Notes: generated from the sequence alone by a model not told the origin. Positions 1-9,303 are shown, counted from the stretch's first letter. The stretch: 32,000 nucleotides of DNA from Promethearchaeum syntrophicum (GCF_008000775.2 NZ_CP042905.2:3000001-3032000), one strand, 5' to 3'. Numbers and translations are program-made.

Positions 1-909
1 GTGGGAAAAGAGTTAAAAAATGGGTATATTGTTGGAGCTTCGTTCTTTTTAGGTTCTTCAGAATTCTATAATAATTTAATTGCTATGGATGAAGAAGAAC
101 GTAAATTAATTAGAATGAATTCCGTCCTTAAAATTAATCAGCTCTATGGCGGGGAAAAATTAAGACGATTGCAACGAATAGAATCACGTTTCTTTAACTC
201 GGGAATGTATGTGACCTTACTGGGGGCAGTTGCATCCTATCAATTGGAAGATGGTCGGGTAGTAAGTGGAATAGGAGGTCAATTTAATTTCGTTAATATG
301 GCACAAGAATTACACAATGGAAGATCTATTATCTGTTGTAGTAGTACGCGAGGTTCTGGGAAAAAGACCAAATCTAATATTAAATTTTCCTATGGACATA
401 CTTCAATTCCTAGATATCTTAAAGATATTGTAGTTACAGAGTACGGAATTGCAGATTTACGGGGTACTAGTGATGAAGATTGTATTAAAGAAATGCTAAA
501 CATAACAGATTCGCGCTTTCAAGAATCTTTATTAAAAGAAGCGAAGAAAGCGAAAAAAATAAATAATGACTATAAGATTCCGGAGAAATTTAAAAATAAC
601 ACCCCAAAAGGTCTGGTGGACAAATTTAGTTCTTTTAGCGAGAGGGGGTTGTTTAAAACATTTCCGTTCGGTCATGATTTCAATGAAGATGAACTCTCAA
701 TAGCTGTTGCATTAAAAACCGTAAAAAATCATGCTGAAGCTCATAAATTGGATATAATTAAGACTTTAATCAAATCTCCTAATTCAAGAACTATAGAAAA
801 AGCCCATCACTATTTGGAATTGTTAGAACTCGAAAATCCAGAAACCAGTCATGATAAAATTAGCCAGAAATTACTACTCAAAGGCTTGAAATTAACGGGA
901 AAGATATAG
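1..909 (+). CDS. acetyl-CoA hydrolase/transferase family protein (4-hydroxybutyrate CoA-transferase-like), C-terminal part; 5' end lies outside the window
   Basis: The frame is open from base 1. It carries the C-terminal-domain signature of the family: SGIGGQFNF...SIICCSSTRGSGKKTKSNIKF...IVVTEYGIADLRGTSDEDCIKEMLNITDSRFQESLLKEAKK. Confidence 0.8.
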   Translation: MGKELKNGYIVGASFFLGSSEFYNNLIAMDEEERKLIRMNSVLKINQLYGGEKLRRLQRIESRFFNSGMYVTLLGAVASYQLEDGRVVSGIGGQFNFVNMAQELHNGRSIICCSSTRGSGKKTKSNIKFSYGHTSIPRYLKDIVVTEYGIADLRGTSDEDCIKEMLNITDSRFQESLLKEAKKAKKINNDYKIPEKFKNNTPKGLVDKFSSFSERGLFKTFPFGHDFNEDELSIAVALKTVKNHAEAHKLDIIKTLIKSPNSRTIEKAHHYLELLELENPETSHDKISQKLLLKGLKLTGKI

Positions 910-916
910 GAAGGTA

Positions 917-974
917 TTTTTTTCTTTTTCAATTCAAATCAATAAAAATTGAAGAAGTTTTCTTTTTTTTTTTT
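917..974 (+). terminator. oligo-T terminator region downstream of the CoA-transferase gene
   Basis: T7 and T5 tracts lie directly after the stop codon. A 7-bp hairpin follows (TTCAATT 928-934 / AATTGAA 947-953), then a T12 run at 963-974. Archaeal termination typically occurs at oligo-T tracts. Confidence 0.4.
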
Positions 975-1492
975 GTAGAAATTTAATCACAATTGGTGAA
1001 ATAAAAAAACAAAATCGGATTATGATTTTCAGTAAATATTTTATAACGTAATTAATCCTATTGCATTTCTCTCTTATACAGCAGGGTTGTGTTCCCCAGA
1101 TTTTTCTTATATCTGCTAATTTAAGTTTCTTGCGATATTTCACTCTTAGAGTGACTTTTTCTGCTTTTAGCTTCTCAAATGTTTCTGATCTATAAGAATT
1201 TACCGTATCTTTTGAAAAAAGTTGTTTTCTGCGTATATAGAAGTTCGCCGCTGAAATTTTGTAAATTTTTTTTGATCAAAAGACGAAATATTACCAAATT
1301 ATTTATCTAGAAAACGATTTAAAAAAAAAATTTATAACCAATATTGATCAAACTCTTTTCAATGAATTAACAAAAAACACAATTAAAATACCAGATCGAT
1401 TATTAAGAATCAATGAAATCAAAATGAATTTCTACAATTCATGAATTCTTGTGTTCAATGTGAAATTCGTTCTGGTTAATGAAATTTAAGTT

Positions 1493-2059
1493 TTGATAAA
1501 AATGGAGTATCTTAAAGCTGATATTGAATCTCTTGGTGAAAGAACCTCAGAAGAAATCATCAAAGATGAAGTATTAGATTTCATGAAAGCTTGTTATCAA
1601 TGTGGAACTTGTTCGGGTTCATGTCCCTCAGGACGTAGGACTGCGATAAGAACTCGTCAACTGATCAGAGAATCATTGCTAAATATAGAAAAAGTTCTTG
1701 CCGATCCAGATATATGGATGTGTACCACATGTTTCACTTGTTTTGAGCGATGTCCCAGATCACTCCCTACGACCAATATAATCCTCAAATTGCGTAATTT
1801 AGCATGTCAAAGAGGTTTTATGATGGCGTCCCATAAAAGCTTAACTCATATTTTATTTAAAACTGGTCATGGAGTCCCTTTAGGAGGAACAGATAATAAA
1901 TGGACACAAGCACGTGTTTCCTATGGATTACCAAAAATTCCCCCAACAACACATTCACATCCAGAAGCTGTAAAAGAAGTTGAATTATTAATGAAATCAA
2001 CAAATTTTGATAAATTAGTTGATTATAAATCTGAAGAAACTAGCAATGAACAAAAATAA
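1493..2059 (+). CDS. hdrC: heterodisulfide reductase subunit C-like protein (two 4Fe-4S motifs)
   Basis: Two CxxCxxCxxxCP motifs are present: CYQCGTCSGSCP and CTTCFTCFERCP. The size is typical of HdrC. The ORF-track start is a TTG at 1493; the ATG at 1502 (MEYLK) is the more likely start. Confidence 0.85.
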   Translation: MIKMEYLKADIESLGERTSEEIIKDEVLDFMKACYQCGTCSGSCPSGRRTAIRTRQLIRESLLNIEKVLADPDIWMCTTCFTCFERCPRSLPTTNIILKLRNLACQRGFMMASHKSLTHILFKTGHGVPLGGTDNKWTQARVSYGLPKIPPTTHSHPEAVKEVELLMKSTNFDKLVDYKSEETSNEQK

Positions 2060-2130
2060 AATTTACAAAAGAAATAAAAAAAATCTTTTCACCACATAAA
2101 AAAATAGGAGATCGTTCGGGGACTTGCAAA

Positions 2131-2907
2131 ATGAGCAGAAAATTTAAAATTGGAATTCAAGAGTTCGAATCATGTGGAAAAGATATAATTAATCTTTTAA
2201 ACTTAAGACCTGAGATGGAAAAATTACTTAAGAACGTGGAAATTACTCTCTTAGGATACACATCTAACATTGACTGGTCAAGATACCCAAGTATAAAAAT
2301 TCGGGAAGAAATATCAGAAACGGATAAATTTGATGTTATTTTATGCATTGGAAGTATTTTACCCGGACAAGAAAAAAGAATCCATGATTTACGGAATAAA
2401 ACAATACAAATTGTAGCAGTTGGCGCTTGCTCTCTATATGGTGTTCGGCCATCAATCTCCACAAGTGGTTTCACGAATGAGGAGTGGGATGAAGTGGAAA
2501 AAGTTACCAAAAACAAGGTTCCAGAATATCAAGATCTTTTTCGTAAATCTGTGTGTGAAATTGTGAAAACAGAATATAGAATACCCGGATGTCCAATAGA
2601 TGAATATTCATTTATGAAATTTATATATGACCTCATTGAGGGTAAATTACCTCGCCTTGAAGTAGCCCCGGTGTGTTGGGAATGTAAATTGAAAGGTAAC
2701 GAATGTATTTTTATGACTAAAGGAATAGTCTGTTTAGGTCCAATAACTCAATCAGGTTGTGGCGCTCGTTGTCCAACACTCGAAAATAAGCCATGTAGCG
2801 GTTGTGGGGGTTTACTCATCGATGCCAATTTAAAGGAATGGTATCAGATGGTCCTTAAATATGGAAAAACAATTGAGGAAGTCAACAAATTCTTTGTTAG
2901 CAGGTAA
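2131..2907 (+). CDS. [NiFe]-hydrogenase small-subunit-like Fe-S protein (sulfhydrogenase delta HydD / FlxC-like); no large-subunit partner in the window
   Basis: It is colinear with the NADH-ubiquinone oxidoreductase 20-kDa / HydD fold: VAVGACSLYG, IPGCP, PVCWECKLKGNECI, CLGPITQSGCGARCP, CSGCGG. The N-terminal CxxC of the proximal cluster is reduced to ESCGKD. Confidence 0.7.
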   Translation: MSRKFKIGIQEFESCGKDIINLLNLRPEMEKLLKNVEITLLGYTSNIDWSRYPSIKIREEISETDKFDVILCIGSILPGQEKRIHDLRNKTIQIVAVGACSLYGVRPSISTSGFTNEEWDEVEKVTKNKVPEYQDLFRKSVCEIVKTEYRIPGCPIDEYSFMKFIYDLIEGKLPRLEVAPVCWECKLKGNECIFMTKGIVCLGPITQSGCGARCPTLENKPCSGCGGLLIDANLKEWYQMVLKYGKTIEEVNKFFVSR

Positions 2908-2915
2908 GATATATC

Positions 2916-5390
2916 ATGGAAAAAACACAATCAAGCACATTAAATAATATTGATATAAAACAAAAAGGTCAGAAAATAGGCGTTTTTGTTTGTCATTGTG
3001 GGAGTAATATAAATGGAGTGGTTGATTGCAAAGCATTAGCTGAGGAATCTCTTAAAAACCCTGGAGTCATTTTTGCTACGGATTATAAGTTCTTGTGTAG
3101 TGATCCTGGGCAACTTCTAATAAAAGACAAAATCGAAGAATTTGGTCTAGATCGAGTGGTTGTAGCTGCTTGTAGTCCCCGAATGCATGAAAAAACATTC
3201 CGTCGTGTATGTCGAAAGGCAGATCTGAATCCTTTTCTCTTTGAGCAAGCAAATATTCGTGAACATTGTACTTGGGTTCATATGAATGAAAAAGAAAAAG
3301 CACACAAAAAGGCAGGGGATATAATTGCAATTTCATGTGCTAGAGCTAAAGAACTGGATATTCTTGATATTATCACTGTACCTATTACAAAAAATGCACT
3401 TATTGTCGGAGGAGGAATAGCGGGAATATCAGCCGCTCTTGATCTGGCAGATATGGGAATTCCTGTAACTCTTGTTGAGTCAACTCCAACAATTGGTGGA
3501 AATATGGCACGATTAGACAAAACTTTTCCAACAATGGATTGTTCAGCTTGTATTTTAACACCAAAAATGACAGATATTGGGCAACATCCGAACATTAATT
3601 TGATGACCTATTCTGAAATTCTCGAAGTAAATGGTTATATTGGAAATTTCGATGTCAAGATTAAGAAAAAACCTCGTTATATAAAAGAAGATAAATGTAA
3701 TGGTTGTGGCGATTGTGTACCTGTGTGTCCAGCAATTACGTCAAATCCCTTTGAAATGCATATGAGTCCAATTAAAGCAGTTTCTATTCCGTTTCCTCAA
3801 GCAGTTCCACAATTATTTACTATTGACATGGATTCTTGCATTAAATGCGGTAATTGTGAGAAAGCATGTGAACTTGAAGCTATTGATCTAAATCAAGCCC
3901 CAATAATAGTTGAGGAAAAATTTGGAGCAATAATATTAAGCACAGGATTTAAAGTGGCAGATTTAACTTTAGTGCATCCTGAATATCATTATGGAGAATA
4001 TTTGAATGTAATTAGCCATCTTGAACTTGAACGAATGCTAACTTCATTTGGTCCCTCTGAAGGTCAAATTATTCGCCCATCGGATTTTAATCGTCCAAAA
4101 AAAATACTGTTCATTTCATGTGTTGGATCCCGATCACAACGCGAAGGCTATAAACCATATTGCTGTAATGTAGGTTGTATGGCAGCTATGAAAGAAGCAC
4201 GATTAATTATTGAACATCATCCAGATACTCAAATAGATATTTCTTATATGGATGTTCGGGCTTCTGGAAAAGGATATGAAGAATTCTGGGAAAAAGCCGC
4301 TCACGAATATGGGATAACCTATTTCCGTGGACGTATTGCAGAATTATATCAAGATGAGATAACACAAAACATCGTCGCTCGTTTAGAAGATACTCTTCTT
4401 AATCAACTTTTTGAAATTGAATATGATCTGGTTATTCTTGTTGGTGCGGTGGATCAAATGGATGATTTACCTAGTATAGTGAAAACTCTAAATCTTCAAC
4501 AAGGAGCAGATGGATGGTTGTTGGAAGCTCATCCAAAACTCCGACCTGTCGATACACATACAGGAGGAATTTTTGTAGCGGGATTTGTCACAGGACCAAA
4601 AGATATTCCTGCTACCGTCGCTCAAGCAAAAGCAGCGGCTTCCGGTGTTGCCACCTTAATTATGCAAGGAGAAGTCGAAATTGAGCCATATTATGCCGTA
4701 ATTGATCCAGAAATGTGTGGAGCGTGTAAAAAATGCGAAGTTACTTGCCCGTTTGGAGCTCCAGTTTTAGTTACTGATAAAGCACAAGAAGGAAAAATCT
4801 TAGAAATTAATCCCGCTTTATGTACAGGTTGTGGAACGTGTGTCGCAGAATGCAAATATGGAGCAATTCAACAAAATAATTTCACAAGCCGGCAATTATT
4901 TGCATCAACTGATAGAGCATCTGAAAAAATTGAATTGGATATTCCCGATTCCAAATGGGAACCAAATATTCTTATATTCGCTTGCAATTGGTGTAGCTAT
5001 ACTGGGGCCGATTTAGCAGGGACCAGTCGGATTCAATACCCTCCCAATGCACGAGTCGTTCGGATGATGTGTTCGGGAAGATTCGAATTAAGTTTTGGAA
5101 TTCAAGCTTTACTTAATGGATTTGATGGAGTAATGGTAGCTGGGTGTCATCTTGGAGATTGCCACTATACCTCAGGAAATTATAAAATGGAGCGTAGAGC
5201 AGAATATATGCCCCCTATACTTAGAAATTTAGGAATTAATCCAAAGAGATTTCGACTTGAGTGGTGTAGCGCATCAGAGGGGTTACGGTGGGCAGAATTA
5301 AATAAACAATTTGTTGAAGAATTGAAAATCTTAGGTCCTTCTTCCATGCGAAAACGGGTTCAACAAATAAGAAATAACATAAATAAATAA
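2916..5390 (+). CDS. hdrA: heterodisulfide reductase subunit A fused to a C-terminal MvhD-like domain
   Basis: N-terminal VFVCHCGSNI; FAD motif VGGGIAGISAALDLA; MDCSACILTPK. Four ferredoxin-type motifs: CNGCGDCVPVCP, CIKCGNCEKAC, CGACKKCEVTCP, CTGCGTCVAEC. The C-terminus carries the MvhD signature ILIFACNWCSYTGADLAG...VRMMCSGR...GVMVAGCHLGDCHY. Confidence 0.9.
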   Translation: MEKTQSSTLNNIDIKQKGQKIGVFVCHCGSNINGVVDCKALAEESLKNPGVIFATDYKFLCSDPGQLLIKDKIEEFGLDRVVVAACSPRMHEKTFRRVCRKADLNPFLFEQANIREHCTWVHMNEKEKAHKKAGDIIAISCARAKELDILDIITVPITKNALIVGGGIAGISAALDLADMGIPVTLVESTPTIGGNMARLDKTFPTMDCSACILTPKMTDIGQHPNINLMTYSEILEVNGYIGNFDVKIKKKPRYIKEDKCNGCGDCVPVCPAITSNPFEMHMSPIKAVSIPFPQAVPQLFTIDMDSCIKCGNCEKACELEAIDLNQAPIIVEEKFGAIILSTGFKVADLTLVHPEYHYGEYLNVISHLELERMLTSFGPSEGQIIRPSDFNRPKKILFISCVGSRSQREGYKPYCCNVGCMAAMKEARLIIEHHPDTQIDISYMDVRASGKGYEEFWEKAAHEYGITYFRGRIAELYQDEITQNIVARLEDTLLNQLFEIEYDLVILVGAVDQMDDLPSIVKTLNLQQGADGWLLEAHPKLRPVDTHTGGIFVAGFVTGPKDIPATVAQAKAAASGVATLIMQGEVEIEPYYAVIDPEMCGACKKCEVTCPFGAPVLVTDKAQEGKILEINPALCTGCGTCVAECKYGAIQQNNFTSRQLFASTDRASEKIELDIPDSKWEPNILIFACNWCSYTGADLAGTSRIQYPPNARVVRMMCSGRFELSFGIQALLNGFDGVMVAGCHLGDCHYTSGNYKMERRAEYMPPILRNLGINPKRFRLEWCSASEGLRWAELNKQFVEELKILGPSSMRKRVQQIRNNINK

Positions 5391-5399
5391 ATAAAATAT

Positions 5400-6476
5400 G
5401 TGAGAGTGAAAATCATTACTAAAAAAAGGAATTATAGGGAAGGAAATATTTCAGACATCATAAAATTTATTGATGAAATTTTAAAAACATATACTGTTAT
5501 TGCACCAACAAAAATTGAAGGAAAACAAACAAAATTCACTCAAATTTCTTCAAGCACTGAAATCCTTCTTAATCCGAATCACCAAACAAGTTTCTCTTTT
5601 AAAGAGTGGTTACTTCCACGAAATCAAATTTTATTGCAGTATAATTTCGATAAAAATGACATTACCATAGATGATTCCGTTGATTTTTCTTCTAAAAAAC
5701 GGATATTATTCGGACCTCATCCATGTGACCTCCATTCAATTCAAATTCTTGATAAAATCTTTTTAGAAGAAAAAGATTTGGATGTTCATTATAAAAAATT
5801 ACGTGAAAATACATTAATTATTGGATTAGGATGTAAAGAACCATTTAAAAATTGTTTTTGTGCAAGTGTAAATACACTTGAGCCACCAGATGGAACTTAT
5901 GATTTATTCCTTTATCTAAAAGGGAAAAAATTCTATGCATTTGAAGGTTCTTCTGAAGGGGCAGATTTAATAAAAAAATTGAAATCTAAAGTGTCAATTG
6001 ATGGAGAGAAACAGATATCCTTAATAAATAAACACATTGCTTCTTCACAAACATTTAAATTCCCAAAAGATGAAGATATTGGAGCAAAAATCAAAGAAAC
6101 CTACGGATCTGAGTTTTGGGATGATCTTGGTAAAAAATGTTTTGGATGCGCAGGTTGCACAATCGTTTGCCCAACATGTTATTGCTTCTTTGTGGATGAC
6201 AAAGTAGAAAATGATGGAAAGAAAAAAATGTATAAACGTATTAGAGATTGGGATTCTTGTACTCTAAATAATTGGGCTTTAGCAGCAGGAGGTCATAATT
6301 TTCAAAATAATCGAGGAATTCGCTTAAATAGACGATTTATGCACAAATTCTCACAATTAAAAACGAAATTAGGAAGGATTGCTTGTGTTGGATGCGGTCG
6401 TTGTATTGATATATGTCCTACAGGTGCAAGTAACCCAGTAAATGTCATAAAAGATCTAATTAAATTCAAAAAATAA
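5400..6476 (+). CDS. 4Fe-4S cluster protein, sulfhydrogenase beta (HydB) / FlxB / AsrA-like
   Basis: Motifs CFGCAGCTIVCPTCYCF and CVGCGRCIDICP, plus the upstream GCKEPFKNCFCAS, are typical of HydB/AsrA-type subunits. The start is a GTG; there is a 9-bp gap from hdrA. Confidence 0.7.
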   Translation: MRVKIITKKRNYREGNISDIIKFIDEILKTYTVIAPTKIEGKQTKFTQISSSTEILLNPNHQTSFSFKEWLLPRNQILLQYNFDKNDITIDDSVDFSSKKRILFGPHPCDLHSIQILDKIFLEEKDLDVHYKKLRENTLIIGLGCKEPFKNCFCASVNTLEPPDGTYDLFLYLKGKKFYAFEGSSEGADLIKKLKSKVSIDGEKQISLINKHIASSQTFKFPKDEDIGAKIKETYGSEFWDDLGKKCFGCAGCTIVCPTCYCFFVDDKVENDGKKKMYKRIRDWDSCTLNNWALAAGGHNFQNNRGIRLNRRFMHKFSQLKTKLGRIACVGCGRCIDICPTGASNPVNVIKDLIKFKK

Positions 6477-6506
6477 TAATCTTGTTAAAGAACTGGATGT
6501 AAAGAT

Positions 6507-7388
6507 ATGGATAATAAAAAAATAGACACTAAAACGAACAGTTGGAAACCGATGACTGCCCGTCTTTCTAAAATTGTGCCTCAATCTTCTTTTGAAAAAT
6601 TGTATTCAATAGAACTTGAAAATCCGAATGAAAAAAAGCAGTTCACTTGGATGCCGGGTCAATTTCTTGAGCTTTCAGTTTTTGGAATTGGGGAAGCTCC
6701 ATTTTCAATTTCGAGTTCCCCTACAAGTGGTACTTTGGAAATATGTGTTCGGGCAACTGGATCAATTACTAATGCACTTGAAAAAATGAAAGAAGGAGAA
6801 AAAGTAGGGATACGTGGACCATTTGGGAACTCTTTTGTTGTTCCTGAAGCAAAAGGAAAGAATTTAGTTTTAGTTGCAGGAGGGATTGGTCTTGTTCCTT
6901 TACGTTCAATGATAAATTATGTATTGGATAAGCGGGAAGAATTCAAAGAAGTATTTATTTTTTACGGAACACGAGATCCAACCCAAATTCTGTTCCAAGA
7001 TGAAATTGAACAATGGCAAAAACGCAATGATATTCAATTTATGTTAACGGTCGATCGAGGATCTCCTGATGCAGGATTTGGTGAACCAGATCCTAGTGGA
7101 AAATATCAAGGAAATGTAGGGGTGGTAACAACTCTTTTTTCAAAAATAGATATTCCGTCAAAAAATACAATGGGATTTATTGTTGGACCCCCAGTGATGT
7201 TTAAATTTGTTGTTAAGGAATTTGAAAAACTCCAAATTAAACCATCAAATATTATTGTTTCACTTGAACGAGTTATGCATTGTGGAATCGGCAAATGCGC
7301 ACATTGTCAAATTGGGGATATTTTAGTATGTAGAGATGGTCCCATATTCACTTATGAACAAGTTCAATCAATGCCAGATGCAATTTAG
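6507..7388 (+). CDS. FAD/NAD(P)-binding 2Fe-2S oxidoreductase, sulfhydrogenase gamma (HydG) / FlxA / AsrB / PyrK-like
   Basis: Ferredoxin-reductase-type barrel (PGQFLELSV...APFSISS), nucleotide-binding LVLVAGGIGLVPLRS, and a C-terminal 2Fe-2S motif CGIGKCAHCQIGDILVCRDGP. Confidence 0.8.
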   Translation: MDNKKIDTKTNSWKPMTARLSKIVPQSSFEKLYSIELENPNEKKQFTWMPGQFLELSVFGIGEAPFSISSSPTSGTLEICVRATGSITNALEKMKEGEKVGIRGPFGNSFVVPEAKGKNLVLVAGGIGLVPLRSMINYVLDKREEFKEVFIFYGTRDPTQILFQDEIEQWQKRNDIQFMLTVDRGSPDAGFGEPDPSGKYQGNVGVVTTLFSKIDIPSKNTMGFIVGPPVMFKFVVKEFEKLQIKPSNIIVSLERVMHCGIGKCAHCQIGDILVCRDGPIFTYEQVQSMPDAI

Positions 7389-7397
7389 TGATAACTT

Positions 7398-9236
7398 ATG
7401 AAAAAAAACAATGAACAAATCAATGAAAATATTATGAAAATTAAAGATCAACCAGAATCTATCCAACAATTAATTGATTTAGGAAAAATCTACCTTCAAA
7501 AACATGATATATTAGAAGCACGCTATTATTTCTTAAATGCTATTAATCAATATCCAGATAAAGTTGATGGATACCTATCTATGGGAATGTTTGCATATAA
7601 GGATAATAATTTGGATGTTGCGCATGATTATTTTAACCAAGCGATTGATATTGATGAAGAAAATATTAATGCTTGGCTTGGTCTAGCAAAAATAAATTTA
7701 AAACTTACAGCTCTAACAAGTACAAAACGCTATATTAAACGAGCATTAAAACTTGCCCCCAAAAATCCAGAAGTTCTTTTAATTTGGGGAGTATATAATT
7801 TTTTAATTCATAAATATGGATTATCTGAAAAAATTTTACTCCAAGTCGTATCCTCATCAAAAAATGAAACATTCCTGAATGCAACTTTTTATTTAGGTTT
7901 GTTGTATGCAAAACAGAGAGAATTTATGAAGGCAGCTAGTAAATTCCGCCATTTATCTGAAATTGAAACTTATAAAGATAGAAATCTATTTAATGATGCG
8001 GTTGTTCAAAATAATTTAGGTGTTATTGAATTTCAATTAGGAAATTATGATAAAGCAGAAGAGATTTTTAAGAATTTGCTTGTTCGGAAAACAACGTTTG
8101 AATCCACAGTATTAATGAATCTTGCTCAAATGTATTGGATCCAAGATAAAATCGATGACGCAGTTAAATCTATTAATCAAGCACATAACATTGATGTAAA
8201 AATTTGGCCATGGATGCAGGAATTAAATGAATACTTACAAACTGGGGAAGAAGGATTAGCGAATAAAATTAAGTCTTTACTAAAACATAACCCTGATGGA
8301 TTAAACTTGTCAATGTATTTAGGGTGTGTGATCCCCAACCGTTATCCGTTTATTGAAGCCGCTTCTCGGCATGTACTTGATTTCTTTGAAATTGGAATTC
8401 AAGAGCTTGAAGGAGCCTCTTGTTGTCCCGCTCCTGGTGTTTTTAGATCCTTTGATTTTCTTACGTGGTACGTAGTTGGAGCAAGAAATATTACATTGAG
8501 TGAAAAATTAGGCGTGGATATGTGCACAATGTGTAACGGTTGTTATGGAACGTTAAATGATGTCAATTGGGAACTTAAAGAAAATAAATCCATACGCGAT
8601 GAAGTAAATCAAAAATTGAAAGATATTGATCGTGAATTTAAAGGTTCTATTAATGTTCGTCATATAATTGATGTGTTTTATAATAGTGTCGGTGTAAAAG
8701 AAATTAAAAAAAAAATTGTAAATCCAATGAAATTAAATGTTGCAGTCCATTATGGATGTCATCTCCTAAAACCTTCTTTTAATAAACCTTGGAAAGAATC
8801 GAGTGAAGCTCCAACATTCTTTGATGAATTGGTGGAAATCACTGGAGCAAAATCCATTCCTTATAAAGATAAAATGATGTGTTGCGGAGCAGGTGGAGCA
8901 GTTCGTGGAGGAATGAAGGAAGTATCATTGGATTTTACGTATGAAAAACTTCTAAATATGCGGAAAGCGGGAGTAGATATTATAGTAGTTTGCTGTCCTT
9001 TCTGTCATTTACAGTTTGATTTAGGCCAAATTGAAATAAATAGTATTTATAAGGATAAAATAGCAGAACCGTTTAAAATTCCGGTTATCTATTACACTCA
9101 ACTCTTGGGATTGGCATTAGGTATGGATCCTTTTAAATTAGGTCTATTAAAAACTCCGAAAGGAAAAGGTGTTCCTCCATTCATTCCTGTTGAGTCAATT
9201 TTTTCTCGTTATATTGAACAGATTGATTGGATTTGA
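7398..9236 (+). CDS. hdrB: TPR-repeat domain fused to heterodisulfide reductase subunit B (two CCG domains)
   Basis: Residues about 20-300 form multiple TPR-like units (LGKIYLQKHDILEARYYFLNAINQYPD, NAWLGLAKINL, NNLGVIEFQLGNYDKAEEIF, MNLAQMYWIQDKIDDAV). Residues about 300-612 hold two CCG domains (LGCVIP...ASCCPAPG...CTMCNGC and YGCHLL...MMCCGAGG...VVCCPFC). Confidence 0.85.
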   Translation: MKKNNEQINENIMKIKDQPESIQQLIDLGKIYLQKHDILEARYYFLNAINQYPDKVDGYLSMGMFAYKDNNLDVAHDYFNQAIDIDEENINAWLGLAKINLKLTALTSTKRYIKRALKLAPKNPEVLLIWGVYNFLIHKYGLSEKILLQVVSSSKNETFLNATFYLGLLYAKQREFMKAASKFRHLSEIETYKDRNLFNDAVVQNNLGVIEFQLGNYDKAEEIFKNLLVRKTTFESTVLMNLAQMYWIQDKIDDAVKSINQAHNIDVKIWPWMQELNEYLQTGEEGLANKIKSLLKHNPDGLNLSMYLGCVIPNRYPFIEAASRHVLDFFEIGIQELEGASCCPAPGVFRSFDFLTWYVVGARNITLSEKLGVDMCTMCNGCYGTLNDVNWELKENKSIRDEVNQKLKDIDREFKGSINVRHIIDVFYNSVGVKEIKKKIVNPMKLNVAVHYGCHLLKPSFNKPWKESSEAPTFFDELVEITGAKSIPYKDKMMCCGAGGAVRGGMKEVSLDFTYEKLLNMRKAGVDIIVVCCPFCHLQFDLGQIEINSIYKDKIAEPFKIPVIYYTQLLGLALGMDPFKLGLLKTPKGKGVPPFIPVESIFSRYIEQIDWI

Positions 9237-9269
9237 GTATGAAAGTATTAATCGTTGTATAAGAAAATT

Positions 9270-9278
9270 AAAAAAAAA
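9270..9278 (-). terminator. oligo-T (T9 on the minus strand) downstream of the protease gene
   Basis: An A9 run on the plus strand equals T9 in the minus-strand transcript. It lies about 26 nt after the stop codon at 9304. Confidence 0.35.
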
Positions 9279-9303
9279 CAGATTAAAAATTAAAGCTTAT
9301 TTG

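Noticed and set aside
934-1290. A minus-strand open frame extends beyond the listed 69-aa ORF. It contains ...FSKDTVNSYRSETFEKLKAEKVTLRVKYRKKLKLADIRKIWG..., which is reminiscent of the N-terminal SAM-like domain of tyrosine recombinases. It might be an integrase remnant.
   Set aside because: There is no ATG start (only a GTG at 1143). No catalytic R-H-R-Y region follows, the C-terminal part is low-complexity poly-Lys/Phe derived from A/T runs, and I saw no flanking repeats. The similarity is too short to call without a profile search.
3076-3595. Two antisense ORFs (86 and 105 aa) lie within hdrA, and a +strand alternative-frame ORF lies at 4831-5016.
   Set aside because: They are fully embedded in the strongly supported HdrA reading frame and have no independent signals.
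1493-9236. Calling the operon an MvhADG/HdrABC hydrogenase-heterodisulfide reductase.
   Set aside because: No [NiFe] large subunit (MvhA-like, with N- and C-terminal CxxC Ni-binding motifs) is present in the window. NAD(P)H/FAD-type subunits are present instead.
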